Shown here: positions 37,365-49,500 of the stretch, one piece after another
How the letters are laid out: every line of letters starts with the position of its first letter
Numbering within the stretch: the first letter of the stretch is position 1
Assembly: GCA_036172245.1 (NCBI GenBank)
Contig: JAYWIR010000014.1
Span: forward strand, 124,001-188,000
Length of the DNA stretch: 64,000 bases
Source of the DNA: Raillietiella orientalis
Taxonomy: Eukaryota
Direction: 5' to 3'
Program-made: the position numbers and the translations under genes
The notes under the pieces: model-generated
Told to the model about the DNA's origin: nothing
The model's database searches: none
What the model saw: the letters and a program-made list of their open reading frames with translations, nothing else

Positions 37365-37412
37365 GCCGTCCGCGTCACGCGCTGCCTGTTCCGGAGAGGG
37401 TCAGGAGGCCAT
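37365..37412 (+). repeat. 48-bp dispersed copy of the bib upstream sequence at 45422-45469
   Basis: GCCGTCCGCGTCACGCGCTGCCTGTTCCGGAGAGGGTC(A/C)GGAGGCCAT; 47/48 identical. Confidence 0.92.
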
Positions 37413-39319
37413 ACCTCTTTTCTTGCCTCATCCATGAGCCCGAGTTTTCCCATCACTGATTTGGCAAAGGAATGTCCCTTTTTCTCGCACTCAGAAGTTC
37501 TCACGATTCTTTTTCTCTTCTTTCCTCTACGTATAGCTGGTTGGCTTTGGTTGAATTTTTTACTCAGACTTCCAAGAAGCTAACCAAGGATTGGAAAGTC
37601 ACACAGTCTGACAACAGTCGCGTGGCAATTACATAACCGTAAGTGTTACATTTATGAAGAATTGAAGGTATTATGAGGCAGGTACGGAGCGATCAGAGGA
37701 AACGGTATTTTACTGCTATCTTTGTGTGCTTTCTAGCGTTAGTACAACACAACTTGCAGCAGCATTTCTGGCTGTGTTGTAACAACATCGAAGGGGGTTG
37801 CTGATCCACAAAGTGATCGAATGACGCATTAATTCGCGGCACGATTTTGCTTCCGACGTGTGGAAATTCCTTGGCTCATGGAGGGTTTCTCAACAGAATG
37901 GTTGCTTGCAAGTTTAAGGAAACGTGAATGGGGAGAGCATACAGAGGAGCACTTGGTCCTTAAACGGTTTAGCTGGGTGACCTGGCAGAAGACCGTAACA
38001 CTCTCATGGCCCCTTGACCAAGACACTCCCATACAGCCTTGCTGTTTCCCCTATTTTATTGGAGCCAGCAAGATGCACAAGTTTCAGGGAGATCCCCAGC
38101 CACGAAAAGTGCGAGTGTCTTTGTTCCCGCTAGGTTCACAGCTTTTCTGATACCGTGGCCATGACGTAACGGTGACTTCGCTGGAGGGTGAGACAAATCG
38201 GCGGACATATCTGCCTCATATCCCCTATACAAATTGCGAACCCGCAAAAAGCAAAGGATAATCGTGATGCTACGCTTCCATGGCCAACTTTGCATGCCGA
38301 CAATGCGTCTCCGTTTATGCTGCGCGTACGCGGAATACTGTTGATCCAAGAGAAAGAGTATTTCGCGCGTCTTCCCTGGATGATCCTCAGGAGACAACTA
38401 TAGAGAAGCTGGAAAGCAAATGTAGCCGAACCCAGCATTTCTCAAGACATGGAAAATTCCTATACTCTTCCCTTGCTTTTATGTCCCCTTTTTGGGCAGG
38501 CACAAGAATGGTGGAGTTGACTACAAATGTGGGAAAAGTCGCCCTCAGGGGAAGACTCCTCAGTGGTTTTCGTTTTCTTTTCTTTTTTTCTTTTTTTTTT
38601 TCCGCGAGTACGTCGTATTTCTGTGGAATCGAAAATCGAAAGTGTAAAAAAAGAGGATAAAAAATATCTAATAGCGCCGAAACTCTTAAGATAGCTTCAA
38701 GTTGAGGATTAGTGAGAGCATGGGCGCTGATTCCTACACCAGAAAGACCGGAAAGGGTGGCATTTTGAGCAAAGAAGGAAAGGGACGGATTCTGGTAAAG
38801 CGTCATGGTCAGTGAAACAGTGTTAGGAATCGAATAATTCTGGAAGTACTCACTCCTCTCCATTCTCTTTTGCTGATTTTGAAGAAAGAACTGAGGCGAT
38901 CAGTCTTGCTACTGAAAGGAAAACGGCGAGGTTCGAAATGGATGAATGGTTGCATGCTCCACCGTGAGATGTCAGAAAAAGAGGAATGAGGGCAAAGACG
39001 CCATCCGAACAGAGCATCAGAGCCTTGGAAGGAAAAGAATAGGGAATCCTAGAAAACGAGAAGTGGTGACGTAAACTGGGATCGTTGCCATCTCAAAGTG
39101 CCTCTGGTTCAATCTTACTTCGTCGGAAGAGATCGGTGCATTTTCAGTAACGAATTGTTGAAGTAATGACTGCGAGAGGCGATAAGGGGTTTCCTATAAA
39201 AGGCGACGGCGATTGAGTACCTTATTTGTTCCCTCTTGAACGCCTTCAGACTGAAGACCACGAGCAATCATTACACGAGCTGCAAGCAGTTCAGTCGCTG
39301 ACTAGCAGTTTGCTCTAGT

Positions 39320-40250
39320 ACGAGATGTTACAAGTGTGGGTGGCCAGGAAGGTCACCTGCAGATTAAGTGCACCCAGTCAGAGGAGAGTTATTTCTGCAG
39401 GGCTGACGGGCACAAGAGGAGGGATTGTGAGACATACACACAGAAAATCACGAACCCCTTATGTTTCGCTAGAAGACAGCAACCACATGGAGTACGAACT
39501 CAGCAACGGCAGAGAACCTGACCACAGAAGACGACCTCACCGAGGCAGGAAGAAATCAGAAGAAAAGCAAGAGGCAAATCAACAAGTCTGTCGCAAAAAC
39601 GCAACCGGCAAGTGTTTTCACATCTGCTGAAATAGTGCAGGTACTCGTGCAAGGAACACAATGATGACAGGAACGCATGCAGAGCAGCGGTGCCATAATG
39701 AGATCAGAAGAAATGCTGCTTCGAGTGGACCATCTGCTCGAAGCCACAAGCTACAAGGAACGTTACCAGCGAACTACACCGTTGCAATACACCGTTACTG
39801 CAAGACCGGATCGGCAAGGGGCTTATCAGTGCTATCGATATATAAAAAGAAAGGAAGAATCCAAGCAGAGCCAAATAACTATGACGGAACCAACTGCCGG
39901 TGACAGAGACCAGAAGATGGAATAACGGAGCTTACAGTCAATGTGAGAACCGTTGATCAAAGCGCTGAAAATATGGACTGCAGAGGCTGAGGTGGACATT
40001 GACTCAGTAAGGAGCCCATGTCCACGTCAAGGAAAGAACCAATGCCTGCAGAGAAGAAGCTCCAAAGTAGAGGAGCACCAGCCAAACAGAGACATGGCTT
40101 AGCTCTTGCTGATCTACAAGGATGCCAGCCCCTACGAATGTTTTTTCTAGCCGTAAGGACACAAACGATAAGGGCGGAACCATCATCTAAGGTGTTAACA
40201 AGAGCAGGAGGACCTCCTCTGAGTCGGTACACGCGTTTCCTCCTAAGTTG
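39320..40250 (+). mobile_element. Retroelement ORF1/gag-like fragment with two CCHC zinc knuckles
   Basis: CYKCG/QEGHLQIKC (frameshifted by a GTGG duplication) and SYFCRADGHKRRDC at 39326-39428, followed by A-rich, E/K/Q-rich, frameshifted coding-like sequence. Confidence 0.65.
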
Positions 40251-40299
40251 TACGCTGTTTAGGGAGTACATAAAGATTTGATCGGAATGTCGAATTCTC

Positions 40300-40585
40300 G
40301 AAAGGCTAGAAAAAATGAATACACATGCTTATTATATGTATTAATGTGTATTTTTATATATAGACTAATATATATTTTGAAGATTATAAAAAATAAATGC
40401 TTCTTATGTGTGTTAGTATATACATTATACGTATTGATACATAGATTATATGTATCAATATATAGGATAAACGTATTAATTTATAGATTATATGTATTTA
40501 TGTGTATTGAATGTAAATATATATGATAAAGATTACAAAAACAAAATATATGTTCGTTATATATGTTAGCATACAAATTATAGGC
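40300..40585. repeat. AT-rich low-complexity (TA/TG) tract marking a composition boundary
   Basis: Degenerate TATAT/TATGT run immediately before the GC-rich bib domain; a similar tract lies at 30540-30870. Confidence 0.75.
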
Positions 40586-41389
40586 ATTGATACTCAGAAA
40601 CCTGCCACCATTCCCCATCCAGAGGCGTTCCCTTTCCGGGACGCTTTCGCTTCTCATCCGCGGTCGTGCATGCCCAACTCCTCTTTTCTCATCTGCAGAT
40701 GGGTACGGTGGCCTCCCGAGCACAGTCGACCCCGCAGCGCCGTCGACTTGGCCGCAACTGGCCTGACCTCGGTCCCCGAGGCCGTCTCTGTTCCTTCTGG
40801 AACCCGAAGTTCCAGGCGACCTTTCCTCGTCAGACAGGACCTCTGCTGAACTGTGGGATTCTCACCAGTTTCTCTGGCTCATCCATCCTCATTGCCACTG
40901 GACCATGATCCCCTCGGGCTCGGATCCACAGGAATTGCCTTTTTGACCGTCGGCGGCTCTACCTGCAGCCCCATACCCTAATCAGGACTCTCTCCCCTCC
41001 TGCTGATCTCTCTCCCGTCCTTCGCAGTGGGCCCGCCCGCGTTTCCGCAGCGCCTTTTGGGGTTCGGAGTTCGGAGTCGTACTTCAGGCCCATTCGTGCC
41101 ATCCAGGTGCCTTCATACGGAATTCCCTCTTTGGGACGTACGAAGTCCCCTCAGCTTCCATGCCCCCTCTCGAGCGCAACACCCCAGGGAAAGGCTTGCT
41201 GGCTGAGCAGCCGCAGAGACGAAGGTGGCGATTCGTGCTACCCTCTCCCTGATGGCCACCAAGTGCTGAAGGGGTGTTCGCCTGGCAGCTCAAGAATCTC
41301 TTTAATACTATTCCCTGTTGCCCGACGGTACATGTTAACTCTTCAAGGTAGAATCACTTCAAGCGGGGACCATCATATGAATCCAAGGA

Positions 41390-41830
41390 GGCTCCGAAGG
41401 AAGGAGTCTGTTCATCTTACGCTTGGCAGGGAACTCCGAAGGGAACCCTTCACCCTGAAAAGAACCTCGAAGGGGTTCCCTTCAGAGTTCATTATCTCTG
41501 GAGGGATCCCCCGGAGAAGGCCACTCCATGTTGTTTTTTCTGGAATAAGTTCCGGAATAATCCGCTTCTCTGAAGGGACCTTCTGGAAAGGATTCTTTCT
41601 TTGTTTCCTCTGAAGAGAACCCCGAAGGGACGCTAACCAATTTCTCTGAAGAGCGCTCCTCGAAGGGAGCAGTGTGCTTCTTACCCTGGAGAGGTATCAA
41701 CAAGCACCATAATACGCGATGGTGGTCCCCCCCCCATCGAGGAGGAGGACGGCTCCACTTCCACAGCCGGAAGGAAACCTCGAAGGGAACCAGCTCCGTG
41801 ATTCCAGGAAGTACCCCGAAAGGTCAGCTG
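41390..41830. repeat. Degenerate cluster of CYCGAAGGGA-like motifs
   Basis: About eight imperfect copies, near 41394, 41436, 41466, 41570, 41621, 41659, 41779 and 41816, with irregular spacing. Confidence 0.55.
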
Positions 41831-41919
41831 CCGATCCCCGGCCAGTGAACAGAGGCATTCAATTTCCAGCTTCCACCAGTAGTGCACTCGAAGTCTCTAG
41901 CCAGCCAGCGTCATCCTGT

Positions 41920-42030
41920 GGGAGGGAACTCGAACCCACAACACACTCATTTCTCTGACATCTATCCTTTACGTGGAAATTCGAACCCACAACGCTTGGT
42001 ACCACGTGCGGAGACCGTAGCCATGCGGTC
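41920..42030 (-). repeat. tRNA-derived (SINE-like) head with a duplicated B-box
   Basis: Minus strand TGGCTACGGTCTCCGCACGTGGTACCAAGCGTTGTGGGTTCGAATTTCC, then a second GTTGTGGGTTCGAGTTCC; resembles 58477-58542. Confidence 0.45.
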
Positions 42031-43479
42031 GCCGGAAGAAGGCGAGGAAGGGCCATCTTCCTGATGGCCCTTTTTCTGTCCAGTTGAGAAGTTGCCCGGC
42101 TCCCTGTGAGCGCGGCCACTACGAACCCAAGTCTCCATGGCACCTGCCTGCTTGACCAATTCCGCCCCCGGGGAGGGTAGCTGCTTGGGTCAGAGAGGGG
42201 AAGAGGGTGGAGCCCTCCGCCTCAGTGGTCTACTCAGTGGTCGTCACTGCCGAGGAAGGAAGGGTCGCTTCCTCTGAGCTCGCGACAGCCCCTCCAGAGC
42301 GGCGCCGGCAGCTCGCCTCGCAACCGGCAACTCCAGCAGCAAACGGATGGTCGAGGTCCCTCGGGAACGGAAACTGACGTCCTACGCGCGCTCTTCGCTT
42401 CGAAGCTGCAGTTTCCCGGGAGAGGCCATTGTGCTCCCGAAAAGCCTCTTGCTCGTCGCCACAGCCAGCTTTGGATGCCAGAAGCCTCCCCTCCCACTTC
42501 CACTCTCTCAGGGGCTCCATGCAACTCCATCATCGGACTTCACAAATCTCAGGAGGGAGGGGGAGGAGAGATGTGATGAGATTTCGAGTTAGTGAAGGAT
42601 CTGAAGGGTTCTTTCCACAGGGGTCCGGCGACGAGACGCATCGTGCTCCATCACCAGGGAGGAGGGGAAGGGACGGAAGCCTCGCAGAGGAGAACGCGAA
42701 ATTCCAGAAACCCCAGCCTCAATAGGTCCGGGTCCGCAGCGGTCCCGCTTGAGCCCCCTCCCATTCGGCCGGAGACGAATACACGCTCCGAAGTTAGGAG
42801 GCGAACCGGTCGCTGTCACCATGGCGACCTCCCAGCCGCCACAATCGTCGTTAGGGCTACTCCCGCTGTTGGCGTCGCTACCATCATCGTTATCCTCAGC
42901 CAATCTTTACGGGCGTCCGCGTCATTGCTATTGCCGTCATCGTTGCCAACAGGGCTGTCATCCCCTGCTCTCTCCCGCAACCTCCTTGCTGCATCTCCTC
43001 GCCGTTGCCGCCAAGCATCGGCAAGCGCCGACCCCCTATGCCGACCTTGAGACGCCCCTTCGTTCCGCGTCGCCGCGCGAGAGCTCACCACTCCTTAGCG
43101 TCTATGCAGCAAAGTCTCAGTCGCCGTGCGTCCTGTCACTTGACGATGAAGGCGCACGGTGGCCCAGAAGGCACCCCTGCGAGGGCACGATCACAGGGAC
43201 TCTCCTCGTCCCTGCCGGAAGCAGCGGCGCGAAAAGCATCCCTGCTGGTTCTTTTGCGTGCCGATTTGGCGACCCCGCCTCGCTGGGAACGCCGAACCTG
43301 CGTGTGATCCGCATCCCCTGGCTCCCGGCCCTAAGCTACACGGGAAGAGGGGAAAGAGAGGAGAGAACTCCTTGGAGACTCTTGGCCGAAAGGAAGGGCC
43401 AGAAACAAAAAAAAAGGGGGAGGAGAAAGGGAAAGTGTTCTCGAAGTCCCTCTTTGAACCGAGTCATCTGGAACCCGCT

Positions 43480-44650
43480 TGCACGTGACGTCACGCCCCT
43501 GCGACGGATCTCATTGGCAGAGGGTCCCTCCTACCCACAACACCTGCTCCCTTCGTTCTCTTGAAAGCGCGAGCGCAACCGGTAGCGAGGGGAGAATGGC
43601 TGGGAAAGGGAGATGGGGGGAGGGGGGGAAGGAAGGGTGTCAGAACACATGGTTGCGATTTAGTGGAGGGAAGGGGAGTCGCGGGGGAAGGGGAATGGCA
43701 TGGAGGCTAGCGTGCGTCGAGCCGGCATGGCGGCGAAATCGACGGACAGTTCGACTACCTCGGCTCTCACGTAAAGTCTGCGGGTGGTCCTCCCCAACCA
43801 TGCGTCTCCGAACTCCCCGGACAAGGAACTCGCTCCAGGAGGCAAGCGGCCCAGGTGGTACTTGCACCCGGACACCCTCTGGGGGGAATGCCTCCGTACG
43901 TGGGAGGAGAGGAACAGCACCGCCATACCATGCCACGTGCGCGGTCACCACGAAGCGGAAAGAGGGCTGGCAGAAGCTCAGGGAGAGTTCTTTCCCCCGC
44001 CATGCTGCGAAAGACCTGGAGGAGAGGGAAGGGGACTTCAGCAGTGGGTGTGGGCTCGGGTGGAGGAAAAGAAGGGGAGGGGGGAGAAAAGAAGGAAGGA
44101 GGAGAATAAGCAAAGGATGAGGAAGAGGAAGGGTGGAGTAGGAAGAAGAGACGAGGAAAAGGAAGAAGAGAGGAAGAAAGGAGGAGGAGGAGAAGATGCG
44201 CAAGTGTCACGGAGTGACCTCCTTTTCCTTATTCTCTTTCAGCTTCTTTCCTTTCCTGTGCGCGTCCAGTCCCAGAGCCCCAGGCGGAGGGCGGACAGGC
44301 GGAAGCCTTCGTCGGAAAGCGTTGGAGATCGGGTGAAGAGGATGCGTGTGGACCACTCGCTTCCGGTCTAGGTAACGAGATGATTGCGACTTCCTGTCCT
44401 GTACTGGAGGCGTCGAAGGTCGTGGTGACTCTGAAGGACCATGGCGACCCTCCTCGACACGGGAGTCTCTGTGGCTACGGTCGTCCAGGGCTTCCGGTGC
44501 ATCTGGGGAGTCCATGTTCCGGTCAGGTGTGTCCATCCTCCTCCTCCCCCTTCCTGCCTTCCAAGAAAGTGTTCTGCACGGGGAAGGTCACCGAGGAATC
44601 GCCCGACATCGCTCGCAAGTGTGTCGAGGGTCAGGGGCCGGCCATTTTTT
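43480..44650 (+). pseudogene. Decayed tandem duplicate of the bib 5' region and exon 1
   Basis: 44459-44504 matches 46363-46408 at 40/46 nt (TGVSVATVVQGFRCI versus TGVAVATVVQSFRHI). Weaker matches at 43490-43527 and about 44338 have a similar offset of about 1.9 kb. Confidence 0.65.
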
Positions 44651-46110
44651 TTTTCTTTTTCGGAGAGAGGCAGGAAGAAAGGACGGCCCTCTCGCTCGAC
44701 TGCCAACCCAGCCTGTCTCGGTGAACCCGACGCTTCCAGGGTCATCCGCGGAACAGGGCGCACCCAAGGAAGCTTGCCGGGCCAAGTACCTTTGACTCCC
44801 TCCCCTTCCTCGCTCCTGGAAACGTCTTCGCAGGGGAAAATGCTCCCGAGAGAGCGGGAGGGAGGCGGGTGAAGCGGCCCCTGATGAGCGGGTTGCTGTT
44901 ATGGAGACACTCCCCGGACCGAGGGAGAACCGAGCGCCTTCCCGTTGCAGCGACGGTCCGTCGCTGCAACGGGAAGGGAGCCCCTGTTACCGTGTCAATG
45001 GCCTCTCCGCACGACTCCTCCCATTCCCCTTTGCATCTTCTTCTCCACGTGCCCCCCCCCCTTCCGGGCGAGGCCATGCGGTGGTCACCTGGTCGCTTTC
45101 CAGGAGAGGTCGTCCGGCGGAAAGCCCGCGGGATAGAAAAGAGGAGCAGAATCTCGGGGAGGAGCGGTGTCTCCTCCTCCTCCTCTCAGGAGATGCACTG
45201 CTGAGCAGGCTGAGAGCTGGGAACGGCGGGCCGGGAGGACCAGACGTTGGGACAAAGTCCTCTTTTTCCCCATCTGTCCCTTCCCTCCCTTCTGCTCCCG
45301 TGCTCATACCTCTCGACTAGGTTAGAAGGGCAGTGAGGACGGAGCGAGAAGGCAAGGCCTAGGACCGGAGGACCTGCGGATCTCTGGTTGGTGCGCCCCT
45401 GGGAGCGAAGGGCGGAGACGCGCCGTCCGCGTCACGCGCTGCCTGTTCCGGAGAGGGTCCGGAGGCCATTCTGACTGCGGAAAGATGAAGTGCGCAACTC
45501 CTTTCCCAAAGATGGACGGATAGACGTCCTTGGCAACGCCGGAGACACGCGGAATAGGGTAACCAACTGACCAGTCAGGAGGTTCCTTCCGAGCGAGCGG
45601 GAAGGACTGCCGTGGGCCAATCCCGCCCGGACCCTCGTCTCCAGGCAACATCGTCGCGACAGCCGGGCAGCGTGCGGAGCGGCCCCATGCGTAAGAGGCA
45701 ATGCGCTGGGCCGACCGTGGTAGCCGCCGCGCGTCCAGGTGCGTCCGCCCGTTCAGCCTGCTGTTGCTGCTCCTCCTCCTCCTCCACTCCCCTCCTCCTT
45801 CAGCTTTCCGAGGAAGCGTTCGGGATCGCAGGGAGGCGGAGTCGCAGCTCCCCTTCGTGTCGTTGGGACGCGTTCGCGAGCGCTGCCGACCATTCGCAGT
45901 CCGGCGGCAGGGCAGTACGCCTGGCGGAGTGACGACAACGACGACGCGCGCGCTCTCGCGACTGAAGCGCCTCGCTGCGGACGTTTCGCTGCACTCTGCC
46001 TTCATCGTTGCCAGCCCTGAACGGAGGAGGGTGCAGGCGAGGGAAGGAAAGAACCCCCCTACCACCGCCCCCCCGCCCCCTCGTCTCAGCCTCCATCCAC
46101 GGGGAGCGCC

Positions 46111-46538
46111 ATGAAGAGGCCGGCTCGCCCGGATGACCTGGAGCACTACGTGGCGACCCTCTTCGAGAGGTTGGATGCCCTGCAGAGGCTGCCCCCAGCC
46201 CGACCCGAAGTCTTCTGCTTCCGCCGGGAGGTGCGTACCCTCGAGCTCTGGAGAGCGGTGGTCGCCGAGTGCCTGGCCACCTTCGTGTTGGTGTTTCTCA
46301 TCTGTGGCTCCCATGTGCCCTGGACAGGCGCCAGCGGAAGTCCCGTGGCCATTTCCCTCACTACGGGAGTCGCCGTGGCGACGGTCGTCCAGAGCTTCCG
46401 GCACATCTCCGGTGCTCACGTCAACCCAGCGGTGATGACGGCCCTCATGGTCACCAGGAAGATCTCCCCCTTCCGCGGGCTGCTGTACATCACAGCCCAG
46501 TGCAGCGGAGCCATCGCGGGGGCGGCCGTCCTCTACGG
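46111..46538 (+). CDS. bib: bib exon 1 (first NPA)
   Basis: GCC ATG start; GG|GTAGGA donor. Confidence 0.93.
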
Positions 46539-49500
46539 GTAGGAAAGGGTGCTGAGGGCGGGGAAGATTGGGTGGGCCGCTTGCCCCACACCCTTCAAGA
46601 GGGACGAGCGAGGCTGGGAAAGGGAATGGAGACCCCATCGTCGCGAAGACCCTGAGAGCGGTGCTAACCTGACCCCCCTCTACCCTCACCCTGTCCCGAG
46701 CGCGCGCTCGTGTCCCCAGATGACTCGGCTCGCTTCCTTGGAGGACTACGATGCCAGTTCTGATAGGTGGAGCGAGCCACCCCCATGTCCCTTTTCTCCC
46801 CTACGCGGTTCTTTTGTGATTCCTCTGGGGGGCAGTCGCGCGGATGTCCTCGTCTCGAAAAAAAGTCGAACGCCTCCGGGAGCAGCGAGACAGACATGTG
46901 CGCGCGCGCGCTGCGGAGAGGGGCGGCGGCGACGGCAGCTGTTGCCGAGGCAGCAACAGCTGCCGCCGCGAAGCTGCTCCCCCTCTGGAGAGGAATGCAG
47001 CCTTCAGCTGCCGCCGACGGCGTCCCTGGATAAGGAGCCCCATCGGTGCGTCGTCCCACCCCCCCTCGACCTCGCCCCAGTCCTTCGCCGCGGACGGGAC
47101 GCAGACGGGGTGGGTAGGGGTGGAGGTGGGAGGGCACTGGAGAGTCTGTGGCGGGAGCGGGAACGTATGGGAGGACGAGCCCATTCTCCTGAGAAGAAAT
47201 GACCCGAAAAAGGGAAGGCCGCCATGAGCGAGCTGATGCTCGCGGCGTGCCGCAGCCCCAGGGCGCCTCCCTTCCGGCCGCGTAACCGCCTGCCCTCCTC
47301 GGAGGCGGAAAGGGCGGCAGGGCGCCAGCTGGAGCGCACCGGGATGGCACTGCAGCTCCTGCTACTCATCTCTCCCCGTGCCTGTACCACGTCTACGCTT
47401 GCGCACACGAGGGTGGAAGGGGCAACGGACTGAGAAGCCAAGGTTGCGCCTCCGGCAGTAGGAGGAGATTTTTCGCTGTGCAGCCTTCTCGAGCCGCCCC
47501 TGTCCTCTGCGGCCGGGCCGACCCCACCACCATGATCCCTCTGGAAGGAAGGAGCACAGAATTGTGCCGAGAGAGCCGCCGCTGAGACCCCCATGGAGGC
47601 AAGGTTGCCTCCTCCCTCCTCCCCTTCCTTTCCTAGAGGCTCTCTTTCTGGCCCGTGGAGCGCGGTGGCGGTCGTGGGCCCGAAAGTCCCCTCACCCGGT
47701 CTCTGATGACAGGCGCGCGGGGCAGTTCCTTCGCGCTGACTTCTCCTCATCCCGCACCTGCACATTACGAGAAGTGCGGGGCCTCGCCACAGGGCGTTCT
47801 CCGGTGAAATCTTGAGCGTGGACTCTCTGGAGTCGGAGAGGAAGGTCTCTTGGCGGCCACTGCCCTCATCCACGGCAGGGCATCTCCGAAGAGTCTGCAA
47901 GCTGCGCCTCGATTCTTCCCTCTGTTTACACTCCTACCATGCCCTCCTTCTTTCAGCGTGGTCACCAATGGTCACCACGGCAACCTGGGAGCCACTGTGC
48001 TGATCCGCGACATGACACCCTTGCAAGGATTCGGGTTCGAGTTCGTCCTCAGCTTCATCCTGGTCTTCTCTATCTTCAAGGTCAACGATCACCGCAGGAG
48101 GACAGTGTGTCCAGCCTCTTTGACGATTGGGCTCGCGTACATGGCGTGCACGGCCGTGGCGGTAAGTGTGGGCTGTCTCCCGGGGAAAGCGACCCGGCGA
48201 GGAGCGAGGGCGCCCACTAAAAGGTCTGCCATTCCAGGTGTCTGCAACCGGAGGCTCCGTGAACCCCGCGCGCTCCCTGGGACCAGCCTTCGTGATGAAC
48301 AAGTGGGACTCCCACTGGGTGAGGACTCCAGACCCCGGGATTTTCTCTGCAATGGGGGTGAAAGGGAAAGGGGAGTTTTCTTTTCTGTGGAGAGAGGACG
48401 CGTGGGTTTCCTCGGCAAACCTCCTCTCCCTCTCCCGTCCGGTCTCGTCGCCGCCGCATCCTGAGGAAGGGATCGGGGCGGGGCATTCTGTCCCTCCCTC
48501 CCTCCCTCCTCATCCGAAAAGCGACTCCAGGTCCACGGATCCTCACTCCCGCTAATGGTCCACCGCCACTGAAGGGGAAGAAAAGCGAGGAGGCAGAAGG
48601 GCAGAACCGTCTCGAAGGGGGAATGGAGCAACGGAACCACCCCGAGGGCAGAGAGAGAGACCCCGCGCGCGCTCTAGACGGAACACCGCCCTCCCTCCCC
48701 TCTCCTGGTTTCCGCGCTGAGCAGCATTGTTCCTCGGAATCCCCCTGCCCTCCGTCTTCCTTTTCCCCTCAGCAGCTCGCCGCCTTCCCAGAAGCATCCT
48801 CCCTTTCCATTCAAGAAACCAGACCCAGGCAACAAAGCACTTCCCTCCCTTCTTCCCCCCGAGCTGAGGGGGAAGGAGTGCTCGCGTTGCATGGGTGGCC
48901 GGCAAGGGGCCACAGTATTCAGGAATCCGGGTTTCTCCACCGGTCACAAAAGAGTGTTTTGTGAGAGTCGGGGAGGATCCGCCCGAAAAGCGAGCCCTCC
49001 TCAAGAGGAGGCGAATGGAAAGAGGAAATAAGGGAAGGAAATGGGCTCACGCTCGCACGCCCTTGCCCCCCTCTTTCCACGGGGTGAGGAGGGATGGTAT
49101 GCTGTGGACCACTGCCGCCTTCAGCAGTTGCCCTTCCTGAAGATCCTTTCTGACTTTAGAAAAACATCAGCAGTCACCAAGGCACGCACAAAAGCTGAGG
49201 AGGGCATGAGATCCCTGCTCCCGGAGGGTGAGAACAAATTGGCAAGTGGCCTCTCGATGACGGCAGTCAATTCCTCCTCCTCATCCCTTTTCCGTCATGG
49301 ACACGCGCGTACCCGGGATGGGAAGGAGATACAAGAAGTGGGCCGCCTCTAAGCCCTTGGCGAAGGAGTGCGGAGAAGGACCGCTCGAGAGAAGAAACTT
49401 CCGGAGCGCGCGCCCCTGAACGGAATCACGGAGCCAAGCATCCGACCCGGGAAAGAGGGACTTCCTCTTGTCGGTGAAGAGTCGCAGAGTGACGTCACGC

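Noticed and set aside
41390..41830. CRISPR-like array
   Set aside because: Repeats are short, degenerate and irregularly spaced; eukaryotic context; no cas genes.
42860..42930. Third aquaporin relic (GVATIIVILSQSLR)
   Set aside because: Similarity is too short and low-complexity, with no convincing nucleotide match.
45322..46689. 455-aa minus-strand ORF
   Set aside because: Antisense shadow of GC3-rich bib exon 1 and its CpG island.
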